This document shows positions 21,665 to 32,495 of a DNA stretch of 64,000 bases, in pieces. Numbering within the stretch: position 1 is the stretch's first letter; the number at the start of each line of letters is the position of its first letter. The notes under the pieces were generated by a model. It searched no databases and had not been told where the DNA came from. It saw only the letters and a program-made list of their open reading frames with translations. Made by a program: the position numbers and the translations under genes. Origin of the DNA: an uncultured Chloroflexia bacterium (GTDB lineage Bacteria > Chloroflexota > UBA6077 > JACCZL01); contig CAVXYC010000019.1 of NCBI GenBank assembly GCA_963765765.1, positions 96,001-160,000 on the forward strand. Reading direction: 5' to 3'.

Positions 21665-22972
21665 TCAGCGACGACTGCCGCGCGTGCGCGCTTCCTCCCA
21701 TGATTCGCGCACGTTATTCCGAATGCGGTCCCACGCATTGCCTTCAGAGACGTAGCCATTCCGGCTGGACCAATCTGAGTAGCCGCGCTGGAATTCGGGC
21801 TCGACTTCATTCCAGTCGCGATCACGGAAGCGCGGGTCATTTGCCATCTCGTGGCTATAGCGGTAGCCCGGCTCGTAGTCCTGCCAGCGGCCGCCGCTCG
21901 AACCGTAGCGCTCCTGCCAGCGCTGTTGATACTGGGGCATCGCTTCGTCCCAGCCCATCGAGCCGGACTTGTTGACATTCACATCGCCCATGCCTTTGGT
22001 GTGTGCAACTTCCTTGTGGACGTCGGCCTCAATCCGCTCGGTGTCCTGGACGGCGCGCTTCTCGAGGCCGACTTCCTCGTAGACCACAGTGCGCTTCTCG
22101 GGCACCACGTCCTCTTGGGTGAGCTCCACCTCGACCTCCTCGTCGCCCCGTATCGGCTCATTAGTGGTACGCCGGTCCACGGGTCGCCGGGTGACCACTG
22201 CCTCCTCATCGGTTACCGGCACGTCGACTGCTTTGTGCTCGACGACCACGTCCTTCTCAATCTCGGCCTTACCGGTCTCGCGCTCCTTGCGGGCGACGAG
22301 CTCCTCTTCCTTGAGCTCCAGGGTGTCGCGGTCGGTCCGCCGGCTGGCAGCCACGTCGCGATCGGTGACGTCCGCGCGGCCGTCGCTGGCGGGCGGTCGT
22401 GGCGGAGGTGGTCGCGGCGCGGGCGTGCCGGTGTCGGTCACCGATGTGCTGGGCATCGTGCCCGTGGTGCCGCGATTCTCAATGTCATAGGCACCATGGT
22501 CTTGCAGTATGCGACGCGCCTCGTCGTATCGGCCGTCGGCCTTCACTGTCACCAGCGTTCGTCCACTCTCGAACTCCTCGTTGTAGTATTTGGCCTCGTC
22601 TTCTGGGATGCCCATCTCGGCCAGAGCGCCAATAAGCCCGCCAGCCGCCGCTCCTGCCGCTGCGCCTCCCAGGACTCCGGCGAGAAGTCCGCCTGCTAGG
22701 ACTGGACCGATGCCCGGAATCAGACCGGCTGCGAGCGCACCGAGAACGCCGCCAACGACGCCTCCTGTGAGGGCGCCCGTTGCAGCGCCTCCTCCTGCAT
22801 CCCCCGCGTCACTTTCCGATCGAATGGTTCCCTCACCTTTATCTCGATCGCGGACCGCAATTCCTATCTGATCGTCGTGAAAACCGCTGTCGCTTGAGAG
22901 CATCAATGGCACGTTCTCCATCATGCCTCTCGTTGAATACACCAACTACTGTCGACCGCGTAGAATTGCCAT
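21665..22972 (-). CDS. General stress protein: YflT-like N-domain + Gly-zipper + YsnF/AvaK (DUF2382) domain (5' frameshifts)
   Basis: TVVGVF.ER..GERAIDALK (alternative frame), Gly-zipper 'IPGIGPVLAGG', 'MGIPEDEAKYY', 'LELKEEELVARKERE..', 'EKRTVVYEEV', Trp-rich C-terminal repeats. Confidence 0.8.
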
Positions 22973-23070
22973 GCTAACCCTTTCCAGATCAGGGGGTAGA
23001 TCAACTGACGACCCCCGTGTGATTGTCTAGGCCGCGCCAGATGTGATTTGCGACCCAAACGCTCGCTCGA

Positions 23071-23087
23071 TGCAGGATCCATACCAG
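23071..23087 (-). promoter_or_regulatory. Putative sigma-54 promoter for the YsnF-like gene
   Basis: Minus strand CTGGTATGGATCCTGCA = TGG-N10-GC. Confidence 0.5.
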
Positions 23088-23096
23088 CCCAATGGC

Positions 23097-23133
23097 AATG
23101 GCGCGCGACCAGTGGCAAATGGCGCGCGACCAG
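23097..23133. repeat. 16-bp direct repeat with 21-bp period (candidate activator site)
   Basis: AATGGCGCGCGACCAG at 23097-23112 and 23118-23133. Confidence 0.8.
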
Positions 23134-23172
23134 GCGAAGTGCCGAACGGCCAGAACTTGCGAGTCAAAAATA

Positions 23173-23189
23173 CTGGCACCGCACTTGCA
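23173..23189 (+). promoter_or_regulatory. Putative sigma-54 promoter for the CmpX-like gene
   Basis: CTGGCACCGCACTTGCA matches TGGCAC-N5-TTGCA exactly, 44 bp upstream of ATG 23233. Confidence 0.65.
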
Positions 23190-23232
23190 TCTGTAGGCAC
23201 GAAACTCGCCGCGAAAAGCACAGGAGGCACGC

Positions 23233-24067
23233 ATGCAGACAACCGGCGCGACGGTCACCAGTTGGGGTGAAGCCGTCATGACCTCAATGGTGGCCGCACT
23301 GGCCGTTTTCCTGGCCACGATCCCCCGCGTAATCGGATTCCTACGTGATTCTGATCATCGGCTGGGTTATTGCAGGCCTTATCGCGAGCGCGGTGGCCGC
23401 GCTGCTCCGCACGGTAAAGTTCAATGACCTCGCGCAGCGGTCAGGGTTCACCGGGTTCGTCCGGAATATGGGCATCACAACCGACGCTTCCGGGACAATG
23501 GCCAACATTGCAAAGTGGTTCGTTCGGCTCATCGTTCTGGTAGTCGCCTTCGATGCCCTGGGCTTGCCCGCGGTCTCCCAGGTGCTCCAGCAGTTCCTCG
23601 CCTGGATTCCGAATCTCGTTGTCGCGATGGTCGTTCTGATCATCGGGGGCCTCGCCGCCAACGCCCTTTCGCGACTTATCCGCGGAGCTACGGCGCAAGC
23701 CGGCTTTAGCAACCCGGATCTCCTGGGCAATATCGCACGTATCGCCGTTTGGTCCTTCACCATTGTCGTCGCGATCAACCAGATTGGCATTGCAACGACG
23801 CTGGTCAATACGCTGTTCATGGGCTTCGTTGGCGCTCTTGCTCTGGCTCTAGGACTGTCGTTCGGTTTGGGTGGACGGGATACCGCTGCCGAGATTGTTC
23901 GGGGCTGGTACGAGAGCGGGCGTGAGGCGGCGCCGCGGATGATGGAAGCCGGCAGCCGTCTGCAGGAGCAAGCGCGATCGGACAGCGGTCGTTCGGCTAT
24001 TCCCCCGACCTACACCAATGAGCGTGATCCGTCACGGTCATCGGGTCGGGTCACTCAGAACGACTAA
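23233..24067 (+). CDS. CmpX-like / MscS-type TM-helix repeat membrane protein (frameshift near 23342)
   Basis: IPRVIGFL(V)ILIIGWVIA, second repeat WIPNLVVAMVVLIIG, GALALALGLSFGLGGRD. Confidence 0.8.
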
Positions 24068-24088
24068 GTACACCACGTGGCGGGTGTG

Positions 24089-24137
24089 AAGATGCCAAGC
24101 GGGGGATGCGATTCGCATCCCCCGTCTTGGCATCTTT
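24089..24137 (+). terminator. Intrinsic terminator
   Basis: AAGATGCCAAGCGGGGGATGCG...CGCATCCCCCGTCTTGGCATCTTT, ~22-bp stem with one bulge. Confidence 0.75.
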
Positions 24138-24343
24138 AGCGATCTAAGACTACAAGCGTGACCCAGTAGTCGCGCACTGTGTGCGGCTCCTGCCAAACAC
24201 CATCCGGCCCGACAGTCAGTACAATGCATTGTCAGCCTCAACGACGGCAAATATGCCAGCGGGGTAGATTTGCTCACCACCGCCCGCAAGGTAAGCAATC
24301 TCGATTGGAGCTTCTACAAGGAGCTCAAGCAAAGGGGTCGATC

Positions 24344-25656
24344 ATGCTCAATGGCGAAGATAACGAGCTGCTCGCACACGTCGGTCCAGGATCTCCCATG
24401 GGGGAATACTTTCGTCGCTTCTGGATTCCGAGCTGTCTATCGGAAGAGCTACCGGAGGCTGATGGCGCCCCCTTGCGGCTTCGTCTCCTGGCGAGGACTT
24501 GCTGGCATTTCGTGCGACGGACGGCCGCGTTGGCGTCGTTGCGAACAACTGCCCACACCGTGGGGCGTCGCTATTCTTCGGTCGTAATGAAGAGCAAGGC
24601 TTACGTTGCGTCTATCACGGTTGGAAATTCGATATCTCGGGCGCCTGCGTGGACATGCCCAACGAGCCACCTGAGAGCAATTTCAAGGAGAAGGTTCGGG
24701 TCCGGTCATATCCATCTGAGGAGCGTGGCGGTGTTATCTGGGTGTATATGGGACCCGCCGACGAGAAACCCGAGATGCCGGCGCTCGAGTGGAGCACGCT
24801 GCCGCCTGAGCAGGTTTCACTTTCGATGCTTGTCCAGGAATGCAACTGGGCGCAGGCTGTTGAGGGTGGCATCGATTCCAGCCACGTAGGCTTCCTGCAC
24901 GGAAAGCTGGGTCGCTCCTTCGCGCAGATTCCGAGAGGCACGGGCCGATACTACTCACAGAAGGACAACGCGCCCAGGTTTGAGGTGCTGGATACGGAGT
25001 ATGGATTCGTCATCGGGGCGCGTAGGGAGGCCGAGGACAACAGCTACTACTGGCGAATCAGCCAGTTTCTCGCCCCGTTCTATTCCATGATCCCGCCCTT
25101 TGGCACAGGTGGCAATATAAGCGGTCATGCCTGGGTACCAATGGACGATCACACTGTCATGATGTGGGAGATCGAGTGGAATCCTCTGCGGCCACTGACG
25201 GAAGAAGAGCGAGCGCGCGAGTATGCCAACAAGGGAACCGAGGGACCAGAAGGGATGCTGCCGGCGACTTCACGGCCGGGCGGGCGCTGGTACCCGCGGC
25301 TCAATGCCTCAAACGACTATATGTTGGATTACGAGCTGCAGCGCACGAGCTGGTTCTCGGGTGTGCCCAGCACCCAGATCCAGGACATCGCAATCCAGGA
25401 AAGCATGGGCAAGATCTTCGATAGGACCAAAGAGCACCTTGGAACCTCCGACACGGCGATCATCCATTTCCGTCGCCAATGGCTGAAGGCCGCCCGAGCG
25501 CTTCAAGATTCCGGAACCACGCCACCCGGCGTCAACGCACCGGAGTCCTACGCTGTGCGGTCCGCATCCATGGTGCTGCCTCGCAGTGAATCCTGGACAG
25601 CGGAAGGCCGTAAGGTGTGGCATGTAAGGGAAGGTGTGGCGGTGGCGTCACTGTAA
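24344..25656 (+). CDS. Rieske non-heme iron oxygenase alpha subunit, phthalate 4,5-dioxygenase-like (frameshift near 24490)
   Basis: VGPGSPMGEYFRRFW, CPHRGASLFFGRNEE.GLRCVYHGWKFD, CNWAQAVEGGIDSSHVGFLH, QDIAIQESMG. Confidence 0.9.
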
Positions 25657-25667
25657 GGCGAGCAAAG

Positions 25668-25725
25668 AGGACACAAAGAAACGGCAGGGATCTTCATGCT
25701 TGTCCCTGCCGTTTCTTTGTGTCCT
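25668..25725. terminator. Bidirectional terminator hairpin
   Basis: 23-bp perfect stem AGGACACAAAGAAACGGCAGGGA / TCCCTGCCGTTTCTTTGTGTCCT between convergent genes. Confidence 0.8.
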
Positions 25726-25738
25726 TTCTATGCGTTAC

Positions 25739-26962
25739 TTACGGGCGCAGCTCCTTACACATGGCAAGGATGGCCTTGACTGTGTCGGTACCGGTCTCGG
25801 TGCCCCAGATGAAGTACTGGCCGAGGTTTGAGTAGTCTGGCACGCCCTTCGGATCGTTGAGTGGTACGTCCGAGCGGCGGCTATTGCGCGCCGGCGGGTT
25901 GTTGTGGGCCTTGGTCCACGCGGACTGCCCTTCCTGGCTGAGGAACCAGTTCACAAACACCTTAGCGGCATTCGGATGGGGGGCATTCTTGAATATTGCG
26001 ACGCCGCTGGCGGAGACGTTGCCGCCACCATACTCGAGTGGCTCCACGTTCTTGCCAATCCCCTCAGTCTGGAGACGCACCAGCTCCTGGTCTGCTGGCC
26101 CGATGCCGATCGGATAGCGGCCGGTGGCTACCCATTCACTGGTCACGCGAACGGTCTCCTGAAATACCGGCTTCTGGTCCACGAAGAGCTTGCGCACCCA
26201 ATCGGGGCCTTTCGCCTGCCAGAGGCCAATGATGGTGGACGTGCCCTGGGCCGCAACCGTGCAGTCATCCACTACGATCTTGCCCTGATACTTGGGATTC
26301 ATGAGATCGTCGAGCGTGTTTAGCTCACTAGCGGGAATGACATCGCGGTTGATGTAAAGTCCGTTCCGGAGGCTGAAGTCGTGAGACAGAATTTGCGGCT
26401 TCGTTGACGAGCTGAAGGTCGCCCACTTTCCGTTCCGCCATTTACTGTCGTCCATAATGGACGGATCAACGATGTACTCTGGGAGATCCTGGAAGGCGCC
26501 CGCTGGTAGCAGGACCTCGTGCATGTTGCTGGCGCCGGTGGACTCGAAGACGTCCCAGGCGTAGACGCCATTCTGCTGTTCGGAAATGATCTTTGGTGAG
26601 ATGTCGCTGGGGCGCGCTCCGGTGTGCTCGACCTCAATGCCCGGGGTACGCTTCCTTAAACATCTCCATGATCTTCTTGTCGTTCTCACCGGGCATGGAG
26701 ACAATAACAAGCTTTTCCTTCTTGGCCGCTTCAACTGTCTGCTGAAAGGCCGTTTGCCAGTCTCCCCCTGAGCCGCCCGCCGCGGGCTTTGCCACATCGG
26801 CTGGCTTGGCGGCTTCAGCGGGTTTGGCAGCTTCGGCTGGTTTGGCGGCTTGCGCTGGAGCCGAAGTTGGCGCGGCCGACGGCGCCGGCCCGCAGGCCGC
26901 CACAAACATGGCAACCGCAGGCACCCAGCTCATGAGCTAATCCATCGTTGCGGTCGATCCAT
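25739..26962 (-). CDS. ABC transporter substrate-binding lipoprotein (Fe3+/thiamine/polyamine-type fold; frameshifted)
   Basis: Lipobox VAAC, AAKPAE repeats, DDLMNPKYQGKI, ATGRYPIG, APHPNAAKVFVNWFLSQEGQ. Confidence 0.8.
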
Positions 26963-27383
26963 GGGTAGTTCTCCTCATTACTGCCAGCCGTGGCGGCGGG
27001 TCATTGTTGCGTGTCGACTGATCTCTTATTTCTCACCGGGCACCGAAGCTGAGCATAAATGTGTCGGCGGTTCAGGTCAATGAAAACTGCACGCACTGAA
27101 CTCGCCAACGCCGTTCTGTCACGACATTGCTTGACAATCTTTGCGATACGCGCACTAATGCGTGAGGAAAGGAGGTGTGCGTGAACGCTGTCACGTCAGA
27201 GGCCGTTACTCACGGGCCGAGACGATGAGCGCGATCGCTGCGCGAGACGGCCCGTACGACTCTATCTGGCGAGTGAAGGAGCCCGGTTCACACTCTGTGA
27301 AGTAGATGCCCAGCGTCAATCGCAGGAGGCAGTCGGAGCAGTGTGCATGAGGCGGCTCACCGCTGAGCAAAAGGGGAGCAAGC

Positions 27384-28565
27384 ATGGCAAGGCTGCTCGA
27401 TATCTCGAAGGCTGCACTCATCTGTGTCACGGTGGCGTCCGCCGTGAGCTGCGCGCCCGCCGCGGCACCATCACCCACGTCGGCTCCACCGCCGCCGGCA
27501 AAACCTACCGAGGCCCCACCGGCTAAGGCCTTAGCGACCACAGCCGCACAGCCCACCGTTCCTCTTGCCCCAGTGGAGGCCAAGCCTACCGCGGCTACAG
27601 CGTCATCGAAGTTGGCTGAGTACTACCAGAAGGCGAAAGCCTCTGGTGAGCTCAAGATCGTCCACTACGGCCCTGGACCAGAGTACCAGCCGCTGGTCGA
27701 GGAGTTCCGCAAGACGTATCCGGACATCCAGATTGAACTGGTGAGTCTGCGTGGCACCGAGACATATCAGCGACTCCAGGCAGAGGCCGTGAGTGGCAAA
27801 CGAATAGCAAACGTTGTGAGCGGCGGACAGACCAGCCAGACCCAGATGGAGAAAGAGGGACTGTTCACCAAGTGGGAGGGGCCACCAAACGCGGAGAATC
27901 TCCCCCCGACGGTTCCTCCCTCGGACGTGCGCTACTCGATCACTTACAACGTCTTTGGCTACATCGTGAATACGAACGCGATTCCGTCTGACAAGATGCC
28001 AACGTCTCGCCAGGATCTGCTCGACCCCTTCTGGAAGGGCAAAGGCAAGATGGTGTTCGAGGATCCGCGCGCGGGGGGGCCCGGGATTGACTTCTTCACC
28101 GTGACTTACGATCAGCTTGGTAAAGACTATATGGAGCAGCTCAAGTCTCAGGAGCCAACCTTTGTTCGAGATCGAGACGCTGCGCCGGCCCAGGTGGCAC
28201 GCGGCGAATTCGATGCTTTTTTCCCCGTGGCCATCAACTCAGAGCTGTTCGAGCTGGAGAAGTCGGGGCCGGTGAAACTCGGTTGGTTCAAAGATGGTGG
28301 AACGACCGTGGGTATGAACGGAATCGGCGTGATCAAGGAAGCGCCCGGTCAGGACGCGGCAAAGCTGTGGGCGAGCTGGTGGTGCTCACCAGAAGGGCAG
28401 ACGGCTATCGCTCAGAAATCGCAGATCTATCCAATTCTTCCAGGTGCGCCTGCGCCTCCCGGCTGGCCAAAACTGGAAGAGGTCAATCCGCAGCGTCGGA
28501 CCGCCGATCAGACAGTGAAGTCAAATGAGTACAGCGCCATCTTCGATACGCTGTTCTTCAAGTAG
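27384..28565 (+). CDS. ABC transporter substrate-binding lipoprotein (same fold family)
   Basis: Lipobox AVSC, Pro/Ala linker, DLLDPFWKGK, VARGEFD, APGQDAAKLWASWWCSPEGQ. Confidence 0.82.
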   Translation: MARLLDISKAALICVTVASAVSCAPAAAPSPTSAPPPPAKPTEAPPAKALATTAAQPTVPLAPVEAKPTAATASSKLAEYYQKAKASGELKIVHYGPGPEYQPLVEEFRKTYPDIQIELVSLRGTETYQRLQAEAVSGKRIANVVSGGQTSQTQMEKEGLFTKWEGPPNAENLPPTVPPSDVRYSITYNVFGYIVNTNAIPSDKMPTSRQDLLDPFWKGKGKMVFEDPRAGGPGIDFFTVTYDQLGKDYMEQLKSQEPTFVRDRDAAPAQVARGEFDAFFPVAINSELFELEKSGPVKLGWFKDGGTTVGMNGIGVIKEAPGQDAAKLWASWWCSPEGQTAIAQKSQIYPILPGAPAPPGWPKLEEVNPQRRTADQTVKSNEYSAIFDTLFFK

Positions 28566-28998
28566 CTGCCAAGCCCTTAGGCTATACGGTGCCCCGCTCG
28601 TCGGTTCAATCTGAATGGCGGGCTGGGCGCCTCCATGTGCGGACGAAGGCTCTCCCGGTCCCCATAGCTCGAGCCGCTGATGAACACGTCACTAAGCACT
28701 AAACCTGGCTGCCATGCGTAAGGTCACTCCGGCTCCCTATTCATGAACTGTTGCTGGGCCGTTGCGAACTGGATACTTGAGGACCAGAGGACTGTCCGCT
28801 CGTGAGATGAACACCATTGGATCAAGGTGCATCGGGCATGACGATGCAGGTTAACGGTTAGGCGCGCGGGCGAGATTGCTTTGACAGCGCGAAGTTGGGT
28901 GATAGAGTCAAGTCACACCAAGGCGTGCCCGCTCGGTGAGGGTGTTGCGTGGGAACATTGCTATGCCGGTAACTGTGGCAGGGTAAGGGAGTCCCGAG

Positions 28999-30072
28999 AT
29001 GTCGTCGCACGATGTGAACCTCAAATGCAGATCACTGCTGTGGAGCCCGGCAATTCTCCGTCCCCTCGCTGTGGCAGTGCTGAGCGTCACGTTGCTACTG
29101 ATGATTGGCGCTGGCGCCGCCGACCAGGCTCTGGGTCAAGGGTCTGATCTCGTCGTTCAGGAATACCCTACTCCCGCCGGGAGCCGACCCCATGACGCTG
29201 TTCCGGATCGCTTTGGCGCGGTCTGGTACGCGGGGCAGGGCAACGGAACTGTGGGTCGACTTGACCCGTCCACGGGTGAGGTCCAGGTCATTAACGTCGA
29301 TCCCAAGTCGGCGCCGCACGGGATCATCATCGGACCTGATGACGCGGCCTGGGTCACCGATGGTGGACTCAACGCTATCGTGCGCGTGGACCCGGAGACC
29401 TTCGAGGTGCGGGTCTATCCGCTTCCGGGAGCGGCAGCGAACCTCAATACACCAACATTCGATGGCCGCGGCGTGCTGTGGTTTACCGGTCAGAATGGCT
29501 TTATCGGCCGGCTAGATCCGACGGTAGGAATCGTTGAGCAATGGGGTGCGCCGCGTGGCCGAGGGCCGTATGGGATTGCAACAGCTCCCGACGGCGTAGT
29601 CTATTTCGCTTCGCTGGCCGGTAACTACATGGGCCGCATCGATGACGACGCGGGTACGGTGACAGTACTGGATCCGCCCACGCCTTCATCTGGCGTGCGG
29701 CGGGTCTGGCCCGACTCGTCGGGCAACCTCTGGATTGCACAGTACAACGTCGGACAAGTCGGTAGGTACGTGCCCTCATCAGGCCAATGGACCGAGTGGC
29801 GTCTTCCGGGGTCGAATCCGCGAGCATACGCCGTGTATGTGGATCAACTGGACAAGGTCTGGCTGACCGATACGAGCGCGGACACGATCGTTCGCTTTGA
29901 CCCCGATACAGAGACATTCACCACGGTGCCGATCTCGCGTCCATCCAACGTGGCCCAGCTAGGCGGCAAGCTAGGAGAGGTCTGGGGCGCTCAGCGCGCC
30001 CGCGACCACCTGGTCGTTGTGCGCTACGACCCCACAGCAGCTGCTGCTGGTATGTCGCATTCGCGAGAATAG
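28999..30072 (+). CDS. Secreted Vgb (virginiamycin B lyase)-like beta-propeller protein
   Basis: Signal peptide; repeats such as SRPHDAVPD..G.VWY, SAPHGIIIGPDDAAWVTD, GPYGIATAPDG. Confidence 0.82.
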   Translation: MSSHDVNLKCRSLLWSPAILRPLAVAVLSVTLLLMIGAGAADQALGQGSDLVVQEYPTPAGSRPHDAVPDRFGAVWYAGQGNGTVGRLDPSTGEVQVINVDPKSAPHGIIIGPDDAAWVTDGGLNAIVRVDPETFEVRVYPLPGAAANLNTPTFDGRGVLWFTGQNGFIGRLDPTVGIVEQWGAPRGRGPYGIATAPDGVVYFASLAGNYMGRIDDDAGTVTVLDPPTPSSGVRRVWPDSSGNLWIAQYNVGQVGRYVPSSGQWTEWRLPGSNPRAYAVYVDQLDKVWLTDTSADTIVRFDPDTETFTTVPISRPSNVAQLGGKLGEVWGAQRARDHLVVVRYDPTAAAAGMSHSRE

Positions 30073-30252
30073 GTCGAAGTTCCGATCCGCAGGCTAGTCG
30101 ATGTCGTCTAGCCTGATCGGCCGATACGCCGATACATTGACGGGCGCAAGTCTGATGGGCTCACAATCGCCCGCCTTCACCCTCGGCTCGGAGGATGAAA
30201 ACGGGCGATCTTGTAGAGAGTCGCTCGGAGCGGCTGGCTCCCGCGTGGGTGG

Positions 30253-30870
30253 CTAGCGCCCCGGCAGCATCTCGCACGGGGTCTGCCGTGGCCCGAGGCT
30301 TTCGTAGTAGCCGTTTGTCTCGGGGATGAATCGACCCTGGTTGAATCCGCCGCTTTTTTCGCTGCGGATGATGACGGCCACCGTTCGCTCGCCAATCCCG
30401 ATCTCGCGATGAATCTCGTAGGGCGGAACGAGATCGATCTCGCCAGGACCACACACCGTGCTACGGGTTTCGCGGATCTCGGCATAGTCCGGTCGCGATC
30501 CATCATCAAGGCGCTCGAAGCGCTCGATGGTCTGATGGCCGTCCATTAACCCGTACAGCGTGTAAATGTGGGCGTGGTGGTGAATGCGAGGGTTTCCGCC
30601 GACGCGATCAGCGCTGCTCACGAGGCCGTTGATGGCGAACTTGAAGTCCGGATCCTCATAGAAAAGCAGGTTCTCGGCGCGGCCATCTTTCGGCTCGCAA
30701 TCGGGCCAGTTGCGTGATGCTTCGATCACCTCAGGATCTTCCAGAAGCTCGGCCAGGATGGGTGAAAGCGCAGTCCAGCGCTTCTCCAGATCTGGCTCGG
30801 AGGCAAAGAGCTCTCTGGTTTTGTGGACGAATCGGTCCAACGCGTTCTCTGTGCGAACTTCTACAGCCAT
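30253..30870 (-). CDS. Cupin-fold, cysteine dioxygenase-like protein
   Basis: RIHHHAHIYTLYG, ERFERLDDGS, PPYEIH. Confidence 0.65.
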   Translation of the reverse strand: MAVEVRTENALDRFVHKTRELFASEPDLEKRWTALSPILAELLEDPEVIEASRNWPDCEPKDGRAENLLFYEDPDFKFAINGLVSSADRVGGNPRIHHHAHIYTLYGLMDGHQTIERFERLDDGSRPDYAEIRETRSTVCGPGEIDLVPPYEIHREIGIGERTVAVIIRSEKSGGFNQGRFIPETNGYYESLGPRQTPCEMLPGR

Positions 30871-30879
30871 AGTTAGCTC

Positions 30880-32020
30880 CTAATTCGTTGCTCCCGCCGC
30901 GACCGGCGTCGGGACGTGATAGAACGCAGCACAATTATCCCATAGGATTTTGCGCTTATCGTCATCGGAGATCGGCAGCTCCATGAAGGCGTTCGTCGCG
31001 TTGGGGAAGCGGGAGTCACCGTGCGGGTAGTCGGTGGAGAACACGAGCTGATCCGCCCCGAACTCCTGGATCATGTATCGCGCGGGAGTTTCATCCGGCT
31101 CCACCGAGACGAAGCACTGGCGCTTGAAATACTCGCTGGGCATCATCGAGAGTGTCGGCATGAAGAGGTCACCTTCCAGCTCATAACTTTCGTCCATGCG
31201 CCAGACGAGCCAGGGTACCCACGAGCAATTCGCCTCGAGGAACGCCACCTTGAGCTTCGGATGCCGCTCCAGAACCCCGCCGCCAATGAACGCGCCCAGG
31301 GCCAGCATCTGGGTCATTGGCTGCGCATAGATTCGCTTGATGCCGAAATTGTCCGCGTATTGCTCGCCCACCTGGCGGGAGCGAGAGCCTGAAGCTTCGT
31401 GGAAGCCCAAGGGCAGGTCTAACTTTTCGAGCACGTCCCACAAGGGCTCGTAGTAGCGGGTCGTACCATTGCTTGTCGTTGACAACATTGGAGCGCAGGA
31501 ATACGGCTTTGAAGCCCAGGTCCTCAACGCAGCGGTGCACTTCCTCAACTGCGCTCGGGATGTCATACACGGAAACCATGCCAGCGCCAATCATCCGCTC
31601 GGAATCCGTCTGGCAGAGGTCGTACATCCAGTCGTTGTAGGCCCGAGCGATTGCCGCCGCGTAACGGGGCTCCTGGTTTGGATGAGTGAGGACGCTCAGT
31701 CCGCGACTGGGAAACAGGATCGCCACGTCCAAACCTTCGGCGTCCATCGCATCGAGCTGCACTTCGCCGGTCCAGCCACGACGCGCGTGGTCGGCATACA
31801 GCTTCTGGTTGCGCTCGTAATTGCGGCCGTGGTGGGGCGCTCCGCCGGTCATGGTGGGGCTGTCTTCCGGAAAGATGATGCCCAGATCGCGTACGCTTTC
31901 CGACGTTCTCCCAACCGGAGCGGCGGACTTGAACTCGTCGGCGATGTAGCGCTGCCAGAGATCCGGCGGCTCCATCACGTGCATATCGCTGTCCATGATC
32001 AAGAAGCCATCTCTCGCCAT
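30880..32020 (-). CDS. Amidohydrolase_2 family protein (frameshift near 31460)
   Basis: MDSDMHVMEP, ARAYNDW, LGFHE, FLEANCSW, FSTDYPHGDS. Confidence 0.88.
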
Positions 32021-32163
32021 AGAGACCTCCACCGGCTGTGCGCTCGCTGAGTAGAAGCGCGAGTTATTGAAACCTAGCGTACCCCACACGGACGCGATTG
32101 ACCAGCACGCGAGATTGTCGGCTAGAGTTCAAACTTCAGGGGGACGAGTTACGGCGAACATCG

Positions 32164-32279
32164 CGTAGCACCGGCCCTTGTGATCTGTGCCTGGGACACG
32201 GAAGACCGATGTCGCTCTCCGATCCGAACGCCGCCGACTAAAAGCGCTCCAGGCACAGGGCACAAGGGCCCGTGCTACG
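32164..32279. repeat. GTAG-type REP/REPIN-like inverted pair
   Basis: CGTAGCACCGGCCCTTGTGATCTGTGCCTGG (32164-32194) and CCAGGCACAGGGCACAAGGGCCCGTGCTACG (32249-32279), 31 bp with 3 mismatches, GTAG/CTAC ends. Confidence 0.7.
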
Positions 32280-32495
32280 ACTTGCCTCCTGGTCAGCGCC
32301 TCCAAATCTGAACAGCTACATTTGTTGGCAGGCGCTCATTGGGTCCAGGTTGGGGCCGCAGCATCGCGCTCCCACACAAACCAGTCACGAAGGCCCCTTC
32401 AACGTGCTCTGACTACCACTATTGCTCGTTATGACCGATAGACTCAGGAGGCGACGCCCGGAAGGGCGACGTTAGGGCCACGGAGGACAGACCAG

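Noticed and set aside
28566-28998. ncRNA or riboswitch in a 430-bp intergenic gap
   Set aside because: No recognisable conserved motif or convincing ORF; an Rfam/Infernal scan would be needed.
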